Shown: piece after piece, positions 41,701 through 49,010 of the stretch | How the letters are laid out: each line of letters opens with the position of its first letter | How positions within the stretch are numbered: position 1 is the stretch's first letter | From: an uncultured Alphaproteobacteria bacterium | GTDB lineage: Bacteria; Pseudomonadota; Alphaproteobacteria; SHNJ01 | NCBI GenBank assembly: GCA_964647725.1 | Contig: CAZYJI010000001.1 | Span: 74,264 to 138,263 of the forward strand | Direction: 5' to 3' | Length of the DNA: 64,000 nucleotides | Program-made: the position numbers and the translations under genes | Notes under the pieces: model-generated | Told to the model about the DNA's origin: nothing | The model's database searches: none | Seen by the model: only the letters and a program-made list of their open reading frames with translations

Positions 41701-41856
41701 CGCGCCGCATTCGATACGTTTAGGATCATTTGTCGCCATAACATCCGGCATAATAGCTTCGACAAGGATTTGTAATGCTGGACGGTAAGCATGCTCCCCC
41801 GCTATGCCGGAAGCGTGGCGCTTTTTAAGATCGTCAACATATATATTGAAGGGCAT
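38707..41856 (-). CDS. MmeI-family type IIL (type IIG) restriction-modification enzyme, single-chain endonuclease + N6-adenine MTase + TRD
   Basis: 1049 aa. N-terminal PD-ExK motif (APDFILTRRKIDVGYIEAKDIGINLDKA...YF) parallels the MmeI D70/E80/K82 region. MTase motif I is LLDVATGTGTFL and motif IV is NPPYSG. The long C-terminal region is consistent with a TRD. Confidence 0.72.
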   Translation of the reverse strand: MPFNIYVDDLKKRHASGIAGEHAYRPALQILVEAIMPDVMATNDPKRIECGAPDFILTRRKIDVGYIEAKDIGINLDKAEKDDQLKRYFDSLDNLILTDYLEFRFFLHGKKVETIRIGEIGPSGKINSIPENYNRLKDHLIDFAAFQGQTIKSAKKLAEMMARKARLMRDVFHKALLESNENTSLHDQLTAFQKVLVHDMDAKQFADVYAQTITYGLFTARLHDKSLHDFSRAEALTLIPKSNPFLRQLFHYIAGPELDDRVIWIIDALCEVYRYTDLPSILHDFGTATGQNDPILHFYETFLAEYDKSLRKARGVWYTPEPVVNFIVRAVDDVLKKHFNLKDGLADTSKVSIEIESQEKDQRTKTGRKMEVREVHKVQLLDVATGTGTFLAEIIKQIYKKFQGQEGLWSSYIERDLLPRMHGFELLMASYAMCHMKLDLLLQETGYKPSNANNPPRLSVYLTNSLEEYHPDVDTLFANWLSREANEASRIKKDMPIMVAIGNPPYSGESANKGDWIMGLMNAYKQEPSGGKLKERNSKWLNDDYVKFIRLGEHYIQKNAEGILAYITNHGYLNNPTFRGMRWHLLNTFDDIYVLDLHGNAKQKETSPDGKPDKNVFDIQQGVAIIIAVKAKPTGKTQKQLARVFHADLWGSRENKYDALQIGSINKLPFKQLVLRAPFYFFIPQDNKSGAEYHKGFALNVLFPINSVGIVTARDELTIHEKRDDLIRTIQNFSMLPIEDARQEYNLGKDVRDWRVEWAQNDLKNTGLNPDNIRAISYRPFDTRWTYYTGQSRGFLCMPRPEVMRHFCAGENLGLLSMRHYAYNVPDYCYSFVSRELIDNRTFISNKGICLYYPLWLYGEGLQSKEQRRPNLDPKIFGQIKKTVPDTTPEALFDYVYAVLHSPTYRKRYAEFLKSDFPYIPYPTNTKIFHGLAEKGAYLRELHLMESPRLDTQITTYPVDGLHEVKKQRFEKGKVWINDSQYFGNVPQEAWDFYIGGYQPAQKWLKDRKDRKLTIEDIRHWQRIIVALAETAKTMQEIDKISFLPEAAG

Positions 41857-42022
41857 TATATCTGTGCCATGAGGTTATAATTTGTCAGAAACAATAATAC
41901 TCACGACAATTAATCGCAACAATAATTAACGTAATATTGGCTTCAATAATGTAATTAAGCTTCTGCCTGAAGATCATTACGTTCATTGCTCGGTGGGCAC
42001 AATTTCTATTGCCGATAGATAG

Positions 42023-44128
42023 TTAATTCTTTTCTTTCTGGGCTTCGCTTTCTGCAACTGAACGTTTTTGTTCCCCACAAAACTCACGAATGGCAGCGCG
42101 TTCTTCATATTCGTATAATGATCCATTGCTGGATTTAGCCGCCACAGCGCCACATGCAAGGTTCTCAAAGCTTTCTTGTGTTGCGGGGGCAGTCATTTGA
42201 GATTTATTGGGGACAGTTTCCGCCACGTCCCATTCGTCAGAAAGCGTAGGTTGTGGCGTTGTGGCGGCTGGAGCCTGCCCTCCCTCTAAATAACGCGCAA
42301 AAGCATCTGAGAATTGTGAAATCTCATATCCTTTAGGAGTGTTATAACTATCCAGTCTGACGGTCTTACTTTTAATCCCAAATGGCTTTAATATCATAGC
42401 TACATGGTTCGGGGTTATTGGCTTGTCACGCTTCCAACTCACCCATGGGCGTTCTTCATCTCTGCATAGAAAATCAATCAGAGAGACGGTTGAAATTTTA
42501 TCTCCCAGAACTTCAAAAGCAGCCTTGATGTCCCGAAGCATTTCTGTACCTACACTGGTGACATCTGGCCCTTCTTTTGACAAAGCAATAGCCGCATCAA
42601 AAGCTTTCTTTTGCCACCGGCTTCCTGCCAGAAACGCAATTGCAAGTAAAGGTTCCCAATTATCCGCACCACGGTCTGATAAACTATCTGGTAAAACCGG
42701 TTTGAGTGATGAAAGTGCCTGAATACTATCATCCGCCAGCCTTTTTAGTTGCGATCTAAACTTCTCAAATGAATCTTGGTTTACATCGCGTAATTTCTGC
42801 ACTTTTTCCGATTTTAATTTGCGGCGTAACTCAATGATAATTGACCGGTCACGTAGCGTATCATAAAGATCCCCGATTAAAGCAATAACCTTTGCTCCCC
42901 AAGTACTGAATTTTTTGGGTTCATGCTCATCCCCGACTGAACGAATGACAAAAGCAGTGGTGCGCGTATGCCCAGAATTAATAATGCCACGCAATTCATC
43001 TTTGCCTGCCAGAAAAGTATCAGCTTCGTCTATTAAAAGAGTAGGTTTACATAATTCAATTGTGCGAAACATTGCTGCGGGAGTTATATTAGCGGCAGGA
43101 AGCGGCTTGTTTACTAACCCATTAATTGCGGAAATTAAAGAAGTTTTTCCACACCTTTTTTCTGGGGAGCAGATAGCCAAAATTGGCGCAGTATGAAAAG
43201 CATCAATTACCCAAGTAAACAACACCCATAAAGTTACCGCAGTTTTGCTGTGTTTTGAAAGTATAACAAGAGAATCTATTATTGTAGCTATCTCATCAAA
43301 TAGCGCTGCGGCATCAACAGGTTCTGGCCATGGCTCTATTTCGGGAAAATCAAAGCCGCCTCTATTATGCTGACTTTGGGGAAATATGCGTTGCTCTTTG
43401 ACTTCTTGATCTAAGACAGATCTTCGTATTCCCAAACTAGCAGCATGTCGTGTTCTGACCCGGTCATATTCGATAGGTGATAAAGCGGCCAACTGACGTA
43501 CAATATTGGCTAGATTAATTTCTTCATTGTTAGCAAGTGTCGATATTAAGGGCGCATTTTCAACCCAATCCAAAAGATTTTTTTCCTGAAACTCAAATGG
43601 AAGTAAGTCAGCTAAGTCCCATTTCGGAGGCAAGCCTTCAGGCAACTGAACGATTCTAATTGATTTAGCCCCAATTGTGGCAAGTTGGTTGACTATAATT
43701 GAAGCATATTTTTTCCCTGCTTCATCGTTATCGGGCCAAACGACGGTGTCTCGCCCAGCTAAAGTTGACCAGTCAGTTTTATGCGCAGCTTGAGAGCCGA
43801 AGCTACTTGTTACAATAACACAGTGAGGAAAAAATCTTCTGGCTGCTTCTGCCGCTTTCTCACCTTCCACAATAATTACTAGCGCATCGTGTTTTTCAAT
43901 AATTTCAAGCAGATTATACAGCGGGCGCAATTCTGGAGCTTTAATTATCCAACGGCCATCTAGGAATGACCATGGCCTAAATTCTTTCTCTTCTTTGCCG
44001 CTAGTATTAACCTTGTTATAGCGCGTCACTACAAACGATAACTCGCCTCTTGCATCAAAATATTCCCATGCGCCAGCAAACTCTCCAATTTTAGGCTGCT
44101 GAAGCAGCTTTGAATAATCTTTTGTCAT
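42023..44128 (-). CDS. TOPRIM primase / P-loop NTPase (P4-alpha-like, DUF3987-type) replication protein
   Basis: TOPRIM acidic motifs (IIVEGEKAAEAA, VVWPDNDEAG) in the N-terminal 150 aa. Walker A (PEKRCGKTSLISAI) and Walker B-like LLIDEADTF in the central domain. Confidence 0.7.
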   Translation of the reverse strand: MTKDYSKLLQQPKIGEFAGAWEYFDARGELSFVVTRYNKVNTSGKEEKEFRPWSFLDGRWIIKAPELRPLYNLLEIIEKHDALVIIVEGEKAAEAARRFFPHCVIVTSSFGSQAAHKTDWSTLAGRDTVVWPDNDEAGKKYASIIVNQLATIGAKSIRIVQLPEGLPPKWDLADLLPFEFQEKNLLDWVENAPLISTLANNEEINLANIVRQLAALSPIEYDRVRTRHAASLGIRRSVLDQEVKEQRIFPQSQHNRGGFDFPEIEPWPEPVDAAALFDEIATIIDSLVILSKHSKTAVTLWVLFTWVIDAFHTAPILAICSPEKRCGKTSLISAINGLVNKPLPAANITPAAMFRTIELCKPTLLIDEADTFLAGKDELRGIINSGHTRTTAFVIRSVGDEHEPKKFSTWGAKVIALIGDLYDTLRDRSIIIELRRKLKSEKVQKLRDVNQDSFEKFRSQLKRLADDSIQALSSLKPVLPDSLSDRGADNWEPLLAIAFLAGSRWQKKAFDAAIALSKEGPDVTSVGTEMLRDIKAAFEVLGDKISTVSLIDFLCRDEERPWVSWKRDKPITPNHVAMILKPFGIKSKTVRLDSYNTPKGYEISQFSDAFARYLEGGQAPAATTPQPTLSDEWDVAETVPNKSQMTAPATQESFENLACGAVAAKSSNGSLYEYEERAAIREFCGEQKRSVAESEAQKEKN

Positions 44129-44355
44129 TTTCTTGCTCCCGGGTCGTTAATTAAGCCCAGTTTCTGTAAGGATATTTTTACTTCAACTTGCGAACAACCA
44201 GCAAAACAATGCCAAAGCAGTTTCCCATTTTTTTCCGCGATAGACAAAGAAGGGGATCTATCATTATGAGCGGGGCAACAAGCTTTGCCACGCTTGCCAT
44301 CCCATTGGCCTTTTAGTTTAAGAGTTACTTCTTCTGCGCTATATTTTTTACACAT
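44125..44355 (-). CDS. CHC2-type zinc-finger protein (primase zinc-binding domain, separate ORF)
   Basis: Motif CPAHNDRSPSLSI...WHCFAGC matches the DnaG-type CHC2 zinc ribbon. The stop overlaps the TOPRIM gene start (ATGA). Confidence 0.6.
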   Translation of the reverse strand: MCKKYSAEEVTLKLKGQWDGKRGKACCPAHNDRSPSLSIAEKNGKLLWHCFAGCSQVEVKISLQKLGLINDPGARK

Positions 44356-44401
44356 GATAATCCTTCATGTCGCTGTGCACTGCAACGCTATCGGCATTTC
44401 T

Positions 44402-44620
44402 TTATTGATTGCTGACAGCAACAGAATTTAGGAATTTCTGGATATCAGATACGCGCCACGCAGTAATGCGTTCGCTTAGCTTGACAGGTTTTGGGTATCG
44501 GCCGGTTTTTATGCCTTCCCAGAAGGTCGATTTGCTAACCGGTATAAGCTTTAAAACGTCCGGCAGCCTTAAATAGCCGTCATTATCAAGGGTATTATTG
44601 GTTTTCATAGGTTGCTCCAT
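44402..44620 (-). CDS. alpA: AlpA-family phage regulatory protein / excisionase-like DNA-binding protein
   Basis: Motif YLRLPDVLKLIPVSKSTFWEGIKTGRYPKPVKLSERITAWRVSDIQKFL matches the AlpA/prophage CP4-57 regulatory family. Confidence 0.75.
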   Translation of the reverse strand: MEQPMKTNNTLDNDGYLRLPDVLKLIPVSKSTFWEGIKTGRYPKPVKLSERITAWRVSDIQKFLNSVAVSNQ

Positions 44621-44703
44621 CCAGTTGAATCTGGTTGGATTCTATGAGAGCCGTGATAGGCCCTGGGCGAATTCGCCTAAATAAAAAGCGAATTCGCCTT
44701 TTA

Positions 44704-45345
44704 TTATTCTTTGGATTCTTCTGCTATATACTCCACTGACGCATCAGCATGTTTTCTTATAGTTCCATCATCCATGGAAAACCCACAGGCTTGAATACGG
44801 TTACTTATTTTCCCTACAGCCTCTCTGCTCGGATAACCATAATGGCTTTTCAAAATACAGCCCAAAATTTTCATAAGCGATTTATTTTCTTTAGCCAAAG
44901 AGGCTTGATTTACGATTTTTTGTAATTGCTCTTTAAGCTTTTCATTCTCTTCCATTAAAACATTGCATTGGGCTTTGTAATCTACAGCGGATAATTTCTT
45001 CTTTTCATATGCGGCCATCAATGCTTTCGGAGGCGCGATGCCCCTCTGTATTAGCCAGTCAACAAATTTTATGGCTGAAACAAGCCCTATTTGCTCCTTG
45101 AAAATATTATCTCCAGACCTTTCCATAACCCTCAAGAGTTTTTGTGAGTAACTAGGAAGCTGGCTAGGATAATTAATCACCTTAGTGCCATAAGGATTTA
45201 GATTTATATTATCTTCATCTGGATTATGCCCATATGCCAATAACGCTGCTTCGGAAAGACTCCAATAATCCGAGGCCATCCAATCTTCGTAATTTATGTT
45301 ATGATGAAAAGTATCCAATACTTTAGTTTCGTCAAATTTAGGCAT
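44704..45345 (-). CDS. Hypothetical coiled-coil protein (213 aa)
   Basis: ORF between alpA and int with a central coiled-coil (QCNVLMEENEKLKEQLQKIVNQ). Confidence 0.45.
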   Translation of the reverse strand: MPKFDETKVLDTFHHNINYEDWMASDYWSLSEAALLAYGHNPDEDNINLNPYGTKVINYPSQLPSYSQKLLRVMERSGDNIFKEQIGLVSAIKFVDWLIQRGIAPPKALMAAYEKKKLSAVDYKAQCNVLMEENEKLKEQLQKIVNQASLAKENKSLMKILGCILKSHYGYPSREAVGKISNRIQACGFSMDDGTIRKHADASVEYIAEESKE

Positions 45346-45346
45346 T

Positions 45347-46570
45347 TTATGAGACCCTTTTTCTATTCTTAAATGCTACTACGCGGCCAGTATCAGCAAT
45401 AACCGAATCAACATAATCCGCCCATTGCTGCATCATCTTCTTCCGCTCTGGCAAATATTCAGCGCGGTTATACGCGGCGCGGACACTATTGCGCTCTTTA
45501 TGCGCTAGCTGCCGCTCTATTACATCCGGTTTAAAGCCAAGTTCATTCAATGTGGTAGAAGCAAGCGCGCGGAATCCATGGCCCACCAGCTTTCCTTTAT
45601 AGCCCATCCTTTGCAGCACTTGATTAATTGCGTTTTCGCTTATCATTGGATTTTTTCGCCGTTGGTAAGATGGAAGCAGCAGCTCAGAGCGTCCCGTTAA
45701 TTTTCTCAATTGTTGCAAGAGTTTTATGACTTGTTTGGAAAGCGGTACGATGTGCTCTCTGCGCATTTTTGTGGCATGAGCTGGCATAATCCAGACATTG
45801 TCTTTGAAATCAAAATCCGTCCATTTAGCGTGGCGCAGTTCGCCCTGCCGAACAAATGTAAAAAGCAGAATTTTAATAGCCAGCCGGATTTCTTCTGCCG
45901 TGCCTACAGTTTCCAGCTTGTGCCAGAGTTGAGGGATTTCTTTCGCATTGATGGTTGGATAATGACTCGCCTTATGAGCTTTAAGCGCTCCCCGCAAGTC
46001 AGCCGCAGGATTATATTCGGTGCGACCGGTTGCGGTAGCATATCGAAAAATAACCGAACAGGTCTGCAACACACGATGCGATAACTCTGTTGCATCCCGT
46101 TTTTCTACCTTCCGTATAACGTCCAGTAATTCGACAGGTTTAATGTTTTTGACCGGCACATGGCCAAGAAAGGGAAATATATTGGCTTCTAAGCGCCTCA
46201 AAATCTTGGCGCTATGCGCTTTTGTCCATTGGACTTGATTGGCTGCATGCCACTCCAAGGCAATAGCTTTAAAGCTATTATTGGCGTCAAATTGCGCCAT
46301 ACGCTTATCTTCGCGCCGTTTTAGGCTTGGATCAATTCCATTAGCTAGCTGTTTCCGCACTTCCAGGCGCTTTTCCCGCGCTTCGGATAGGCTAACTTCG
46401 GGATAGGCCCCAAAGGTCAAAAGCTTCTCTTTACGATGGTAGCGGTACTTAAAGCGCCAGATTTTCGAGCCTTTAGGGGTCACATAGAGAAATAACCCTT
46501 CTCCATCCGCAATCTTTTGGGGTTTGGCTGTCGGCTTGACATTACGAATTTTGGTGTCGGTGAGGGCCAT
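45347..46570 (-). CDS. int: P4-type tyrosine integrase (DUF4102 N-terminal + phage_integrase catalytic domain)
   Basis: N-terminus LTDTKIRNVKPTAKPQKIADGEGLFLYVTPKGSKIWRFKYRYHRKEKLLTFGAYPEVSLSEAREKR is the DUF4102 arm-binding domain. The C-terminus has the R...HxxR...Y catalytic pattern (HGFRALASTT...RAAYNRAEY). Confidence 0.88.
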   Translation of the reverse strand: MALTDTKIRNVKPTAKPQKIADGEGLFLYVTPKGSKIWRFKYRYHRKEKLLTFGAYPEVSLSEAREKRLEVRKQLANGIDPSLKRREDKRMAQFDANNSFKAIALEWHAANQVQWTKAHSAKILRRLEANIFPFLGHVPVKNIKPVELLDVIRKVEKRDATELSHRVLQTCSVIFRYATATGRTEYNPAADLRGALKAHKASHYPTINAKEIPQLWHKLETVGTAEEIRLAIKILLFTFVRQGELRHAKWTDFDFKDNVWIMPAHATKMRREHIVPLSKQVIKLLQQLRKLTGRSELLLPSYQRRKNPMISENAINQVLQRMGYKGKLVGHGFRALASTTLNELGFKPDVIERQLAHKERNSVRAAYNRAEYLPERKKMMQQWADYVDSVIADTGRVVAFKNRKRVS

Positions 46571-46717
46571 AAGGATATCCGTTTATACCCCCAACGATAC
46601 CCCCAAATGTGCCGGATGTCAACCGACCCCCTCGGACATCAGCGGACGTAAAAACCTTATTTTATCTATGTTAAAATGATTCTGTCGGATGTCATCGGAC
46701 ATCCTCGGAGGGAGTAA

Positions 46718-46804
46718 TGGTGCCCGGAAGAGGACTCGAACCTCCAAGATGTTACTCACTGGTACCTGAAACCAGCGCGTCTACCAATTCCGCCATCCGG
46801 GCGC
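46718..46804 (-). tRNA. tRNA-Leu (anticodon CAG)
   Basis: Minus-strand read: GCGCCCGGAUGGCGGAAUUGGUAGACGCGCUGGUUUCAGGUACCAGUGAGUAACAUCUUGGAGGUUCGAGUCCUCUUCCGGGCACCA. It has a 7-bp acceptor stem, an anticodon loop UUCAGGU (CAG), a long variable arm, GGUUCGAGUCC in the T-loop and an encoded CCA. Confidence 0.85.
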
Positions 46805-46871
46805 GGCCTGGAAAGTCAGCGATTTTGGCCGATAAGTCAATAGGAATATGGATTATCACGGCGGACAGAAG

Positions 46872-47912
46872 TTAAAATTCCCGTCCCTCATTGCGCCGAT
46901 GCCGGGGGATTACTGGACGAATCGGTGCAGGCGGCCTGGATGCCGCTTCGTGCTGCACCGATCTTCCGGTGTTTTGATGCGCGGTTGATTTGGAAGGTTT
47001 CAGGGCGGGTTCCTTAAAACGGTCCAATGGCTCCATCGATGATCTTTGGCCAATCATCGCTTTTATTTGATCGGGAATCTCGGCCTTTTTCTCGCCTTTT
47101 TCCTCTCTTTTATAAATAGCATATATACCAGCCACAGCCAGGCTGGACCCTGCAACCACCGATCCAATTAACGTGACAGCCAAAGAAGATACCTTGATCA
47201 TCTCGGCCGATATCGCAAATATAGGTGAGGCTCCAATAATGGCGCCGATTCCCGCCACGCCCATCATCAGCAAGCCGGATAATAATTGCGATCGATTGGC
47301 TTTTGCTTGTCTCTTCAGTTCTTTAACAGTACCGATCTGCAATCTTAGCACTTGTTGCGCTTCGGATCTGTCGGCCGGTTTTATCGATGCAATCAATTTC
47401 GGCGAAACCGATTTGTTCAGGGCGCTGCACATATTGCTGGCTTGTTCATTCATATCGGCGCCGGTCGATATCGGAATACCTGTTCGGAAAAGCGCTTCTG
47501 CTAAAACACCATCCGGATTCATTGTATAATAATGGGCGTCGTGCCGTTCGTGAAAGGCGTTCAGGAACGCTGTTTCCGCACGGTTGGCCGCGCGCAATAA
47601 TTGCTTGGGATTTGCGGTCGATAATTGCTCGAGCGGAACGCCGGCGATTTTTTCCGGCACATAGCCACCATAGGCGGCTACCATTTTCAGCAAAGGGATC
47701 AATTTTTTCGGATGGGCCTTTCCCACCAAACCATAGCTTCCGTAATAATGCCTCGAAGCTTCTTCTTGCGCCTGCATGATTTGCTGTAATAAAAGAATTT
47801 CAGCCGGCAGGATTAAACTTAAATTCGGTTCATAGGGCTTATCTTCCTCTACTTTGGGTTTTGCCGCGGAAGAGCTAGCCGCCGCGCGTAAAGCGAAGAT
47901 CTGAATAACCAT
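46872..47912 (-). CDS. Hypothetical membrane protein (346 aa)
   Basis: ORF with a Gly/Ala-rich hydrophobic C-terminal region (GVAGIGAIIGASPIFAISAEMIKVSSLAVTLIGSVVAGSSLAVAGIYAIY). No recognisable catalytic motif. Confidence 0.45.
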   Translation of the reverse strand: MVIQIFALRAAASSSAAKPKVEEDKPYEPNLSLILPAEILLLQQIMQAQEEASRHYYGSYGLVGKAHPKKLIPLLKMVAAYGGYVPEKIAGVPLEQLSTANPKQLLRAANRAETAFLNAFHERHDAHYYTMNPDGVLAEALFRTGIPISTGADMNEQASNMCSALNKSVSPKLIASIKPADRSEAQQVLRLQIGTVKELKRQAKANRSQLLSGLLMMGVAGIGAIIGASPIFAISAEMIKVSSLAVTLIGSVVAGSSLAVAGIYAIYKREEKGEKKAEIPDQIKAMIGQRSSMEPLDRFKEPALKPSKSTAHQNTGRSVQHEAASRPPAPIRPVIPRHRRNEGREF

Positions 47913-48046
47913 CGTACCCTATCTTATTTTGTAATTTTATTCTAAAAGGATACAGTATTATAATGGTTTTGTCAATGATTTAGCGCTTGCTTTTATGGTT
48001 TATACGAAATAAAGCATATTATATTCAATGATTTAAGGAAATACCC

Positions 48047-49006
48047 ATGTCTTTGTCTCATTCGCGCGTGCTTGTTTTTGGCGGCTCCGGTTTTATCGGC
48101 CGTTATGTGGTGAAACGTTTGGCGGCGCTGGGCGCAACGGTGGGCGTGCCGACCCGCAATATCGAAAAGGCGAAATTTTTGCGGCCCTTTGGCGATGTCG
48201 GGCAAATCACGCCGATTCCTTGTCAGATGAGCAGCGATGCATCGCTGCGCGCGGTGATGCAAAATGCCGATGCTGTTATCAATCTGACCGGCATTTTATT
48301 TGAAAGCGGAAAAAACAAATTCGATTTGGTGCATCATAAAACCCCGGCGCGCATTGCCGCGATTGCGCGCGAATGCGGCGTGAAATCTTTGGTGCATATA
48401 TCGGCAATCGGCGCCGATGCAAATTCCAATTCCGCATACGCGCGCAGCAAGGCCAAGGGCGAGACCGCGATTTTACGCGAATTTCCAAACGCGGTGATTT
48501 TGCGCCCCAGCATCGTGTTCGGTCCTGAAGATAATTTTTTCAATATGTTTGCAGGCATCGCGCAGATATTCCATATCCTGCCATTGATCGGCGGCGGGCA
48601 AACCAAATTTCAACCCGTCTATGTCGCCGATGTGGCGGATGCAGTGATTGCGGCCTTATCCAACGATCAGGCGCGCGGGAAAATTTATGAATTGGGCGGC
48701 CCGAAAATTTACAGCTTCACGGAATTAATGCGCATTATGTTGCAACAGACCGGACAAAAAGCCTGTTTGATTTCCGTGCCGTTCTGGTGGGCCAAGGTCA
48801 AGGCGGCGTTTTTGCAATTAATGCCGAAACCGTTGTTGACGATCGATCAGGTGCGCATGCTGGAAAAAGACAATATCGTTGGCGCTTCGGTTTTGAAATT
48901 GAAGGATCTGGGTGTTACGCCGACGGCGCTTGACGTCATTTTGCCGTCTTACCTGGATCGGTATAAAATCGGCGGACGGATGGGTAATACCGATCAAGCC
49001 GCCTAA
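48047..49006 (+). CDS. NAD(P)-binding SDR-family protein (complex I NDUFA9-like / NmrA-like epimerase-dehydratase family)
   Basis: N-terminal Rossmann motif VLVFGGSGFIGRYVVKRL, about 320 aa. Confidence 0.75.
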   Translation: MSLSHSRVLVFGGSGFIGRYVVKRLAALGATVGVPTRNIEKAKFLRPFGDVGQITPIPCQMSSDASLRAVMQNADAVINLTGILFESGKNKFDLVHHKTPARIAAIARECGVKSLVHISAIGADANSNSAYARSKAKGETAILREFPNAVILRPSIVFGPEDNFFNMFAGIAQIFHILPLIGGGQTKFQPVYVADVADAVIAALSNDQARGKIYELGGPKIYSFTELMRIMLQQTGQKACLISVPFWWAKVKAAFLQLMPKPLLTIDQVRMLEKDNIVGASVLKLKDLGVTPTALDVILPSYLDRYKIGGRMGNTDQAA

Positions 49007-49010
49007 AAAA

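Larger units (their letters stand above)
32031..46740. mobile_element. tRNA-Leu-associated integrative genomic island (~14.7 kb) with P4-type int-alpA-primase core and defence/TA cargo
   Basis: A 21-bp direct repeat, tggtgccggaagaggactcga at 32031-32051, versus tggtgcccggaagaggactcgaa at 46718-46740 (the tRNA-Leu 3' end). Integrase lies adjacent to the tRNA. Internal arm-type repeats occur near both ends. The cargo has distinct, more AT-rich composition. Confidence 0.8.

Noticed and set aside
46805-46871. Possible second tRNA or integrase-independent repeat between tRNA-Leu and the 346-aa ORF
   Set aside because: No cloverleaf-compatible sequence and no repeat of the att core are visible in this 67-bp spacer.
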